Positions 46,701 through 47,029 of a stretch of DNA of 47,029 nucleotides are shown piece after piece (the first letter of the stretch is position 1; each line of letters starts with the position of its first letter). Source of the DNA: an uncultured Pseudomonadales bacterium (GTDB lineage Bacteria > Patescibacteriota > Microgenomatia > UBA1400 > PJMF01). The notes under the pieces are model-generated. The model ran no database searches. It had not been told where the DNA came from and was given only the letters and a program-made list of their open reading frames with translations. The position numbers and the translations under genes were made by a program. Location of the stretch: contig CAYREI010000003.1 of the NCBI GenBank assembly GCA_964423285.1, forward strand, positions 1 to 47,029, read 5' to 3'.

Positions 46701-46843
46701 TTGATTTCGTGGAGCCAAATAGCAGCGGCAAATTAATTAAGCGAAACTTTTTTCTCAAAGATGAGGATGTGAATGATCTAAAAAATTTGATTAAAGAGGT
46801 GATGGCTGAGATTAAAAGCTTAAAGTTTTTAGAACTTATTTAA
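43784..46843 (+). CDS. UvrD/PcrA/AddA-type superfamily-1 helicase fused to a C-terminal PD-(D/E)xK (RecB-family) nuclease
   Basis: Helicase motifs VVAGPGTGKT, DEYQDTN, VGDPNQSIYRFQGA, TVHKAKGLEWDYVF and YVALTRARKRL. Nuclease motifs GRIDRVD, VIDYKTGK and QLLFYKLL in the last ~230 aa. Confidence 0.85.
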   Translation: MPTLNQFQAVYKRLNPQQKKAVDNIEGPVMVVAGPGTGKTQVLAARIANILLKTDTKPRSILALTFTESAAKEMRQRLVKMIGKTGYYVQISTFHAFCSQIIKMHPEYFPIDRGSEPLSDLERYDIFQKIIDDTDIEVIKPLNRSYFYLTDIMYAISNLKREGFLPADFKEVVVKEEQQLKAEKEKLKKTELAKRQRNLTKWQELTQIYDKYQQRLRSSLRYDFDDMIALVVAAFNEHELLLREYQENIHYFLIDEYQDTNSAQNKVVDQLASYWGNQANVFVVGDPNQSIYRFQGASVENVLGFVKNYKKATIITLDIGYRCSQNIYNSAAKLIGQNQLTEVSEQLTKFSFTDPLKSQTKQEFEINLYQAPSQTLETIYIAEEIKKLQKKDIPLDKIAILYRHNRDVVEIQETLNKWGLSYEIDGGNDLLENEAIRQLLTFFQVIKDARIAKEDERLFEIMRYEWLGLDQALVMKVGRAAGKAKLSIFDLIESGYSKFAKYDLGNKITPLEFEQLPIFISKLRDWGSLDARVVFPEWFEQVIKESEFLNWVLNSDLKASVLIHLNSLFREVKALSQSRSRLNLKDFLEAIATMKDHGIKLNVEDLNVKQNAVHLSTVHKAKGLEWDYVFLMHCLDGKWGNNRVRELLPLPAGLLKNTDLSAKEQNEDERRLFYVALTRARKRLTISSPETIVTDNRTKEVIGSMFIEELKDTESKLKTIFKNIKAPEIIKNADIYLAKLLESTEIKKIKVSEKDFYQELVKDFKLSVTALNTYLRNPKEFVENVLLRIPRAKPEPMAFGSAVHQALEKLFKYIQDEGQKPALKIFLEEFKESLTKELMTSQNFDRRLDYGQNILTEYYQQLDETEVEPLFIERFFGFGWSKTILGDIHLTGRIDRVDWLDKEKKLVKVIDYKTGKAKSDNYIEGKIVSAGLSQREQQLPESIKGPYKRQLLFYKLLTDLDETFIPVVTQGEFDFVEPNSSGKLIKRNFFLKDEDVNDLKNLIKEVMAEIKSLKFLELI

Positions 46844-46844
46844 T

Positions 46845-47029
46845 TTATTTCCAACTTGGAATTATATAGTAAACGGCATTAGCAAAATCTTTCGGCATGG
46901 GAATGGCGGTCCACTGTGGGTACCAAATTATAAAAAATACAAAAATTAGTGAAACAGTTATTAGGATTTTAGTTCGATCCCATTTCGCTAACCAGTAAGC
47001 CATAATAATACTTAGAAGTGGTACTGCAG
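46845..47029 (-). CDS. Partial ORF running off the window edge: C-terminal fragment of a membrane protein, or a 52-aa ORF from ATG 47003
   Basis: My own translation of the minus strand gives ...AVPLLSIIMAYWLAKWDRTKILITVSLIFVFFIIWYPQWTAIPMPKDFANAVYYIIPSWK-stop. The stop is 1 nt from the convergent helicase stop. Not in the supplied ORF track. Confidence 0.3.
   Translation of the reverse strand, partial: AVPLLSIIMAYWLAKWDRTKILITVSLIFVFFIIWYPQWTAIPMPKDFANAVYYIIPSWK

Overview
AT-rich, very tightly packed bacterial chromosome segment. Most genes abut or overlap by 1-14 nt, and convergent gene ends are 1 nt apart or overlap. TGA, TAA and TAG all act as stops and an intact RF2 gene is present, so the standard bacterial code applies. 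Gene content (DUF4012 protein, many GT-C membrane glycosyltransferases, RNase Y, small housekeeping set) and the compaction resemble Patescibacteria/CPR-type genomes; this is inference only. There are four blocks. (1) 1-5.9 kb: tRNA-Gln followed by five co-oriented single-gene units: a Cys-rich lipoprotein, a 462-aa orphan, an ATP-grasp ligase, a DEAD-box helicase and a YibE/F-like membrane protein. Each unit ends in or next to a copy of a conserved ~33-nt direct repeat that partly resembles the 3' end of the tRNA. This repeat-delimited array is the least explainable part of the window. (2) 5.9-29.5 kb: a large envelope-glycan supercluster in three operon-like runs, with GDP-rhamnose, dTDP-rhamnose and UDP-GlcA precursor genes, two polyprenyl-phosphate sugar synthases, five GT-C-like polytopic proteins, six GT2, one GT4, a Wzx-like flippase and an LCP ligase. 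A lone trmD is embedded in it. (3) 29.5-43.4 kb: a minus-strand housekeeping run: recA, rny, secG, family-5 SBP, ddl, murF-like, cyclophilin, DUF4012, prfB, orphan membrane protein, ftsE, ftsX, and a coiled-coil M23 peptidase whose catalytic motifs are in swapped order. (4) 43.5-47 kb: tRNA-Pro, a tiny basic ORF starting 2 nt after the tRNA, and a 1019-aa UvrD-type helicase fused to a PD-(D/E)xK nuclease. I saw no CRISPR array, rRNA, transposase, integrase or recognisable defence system. All functional calls come from motif recognition by eye, not from database searches.
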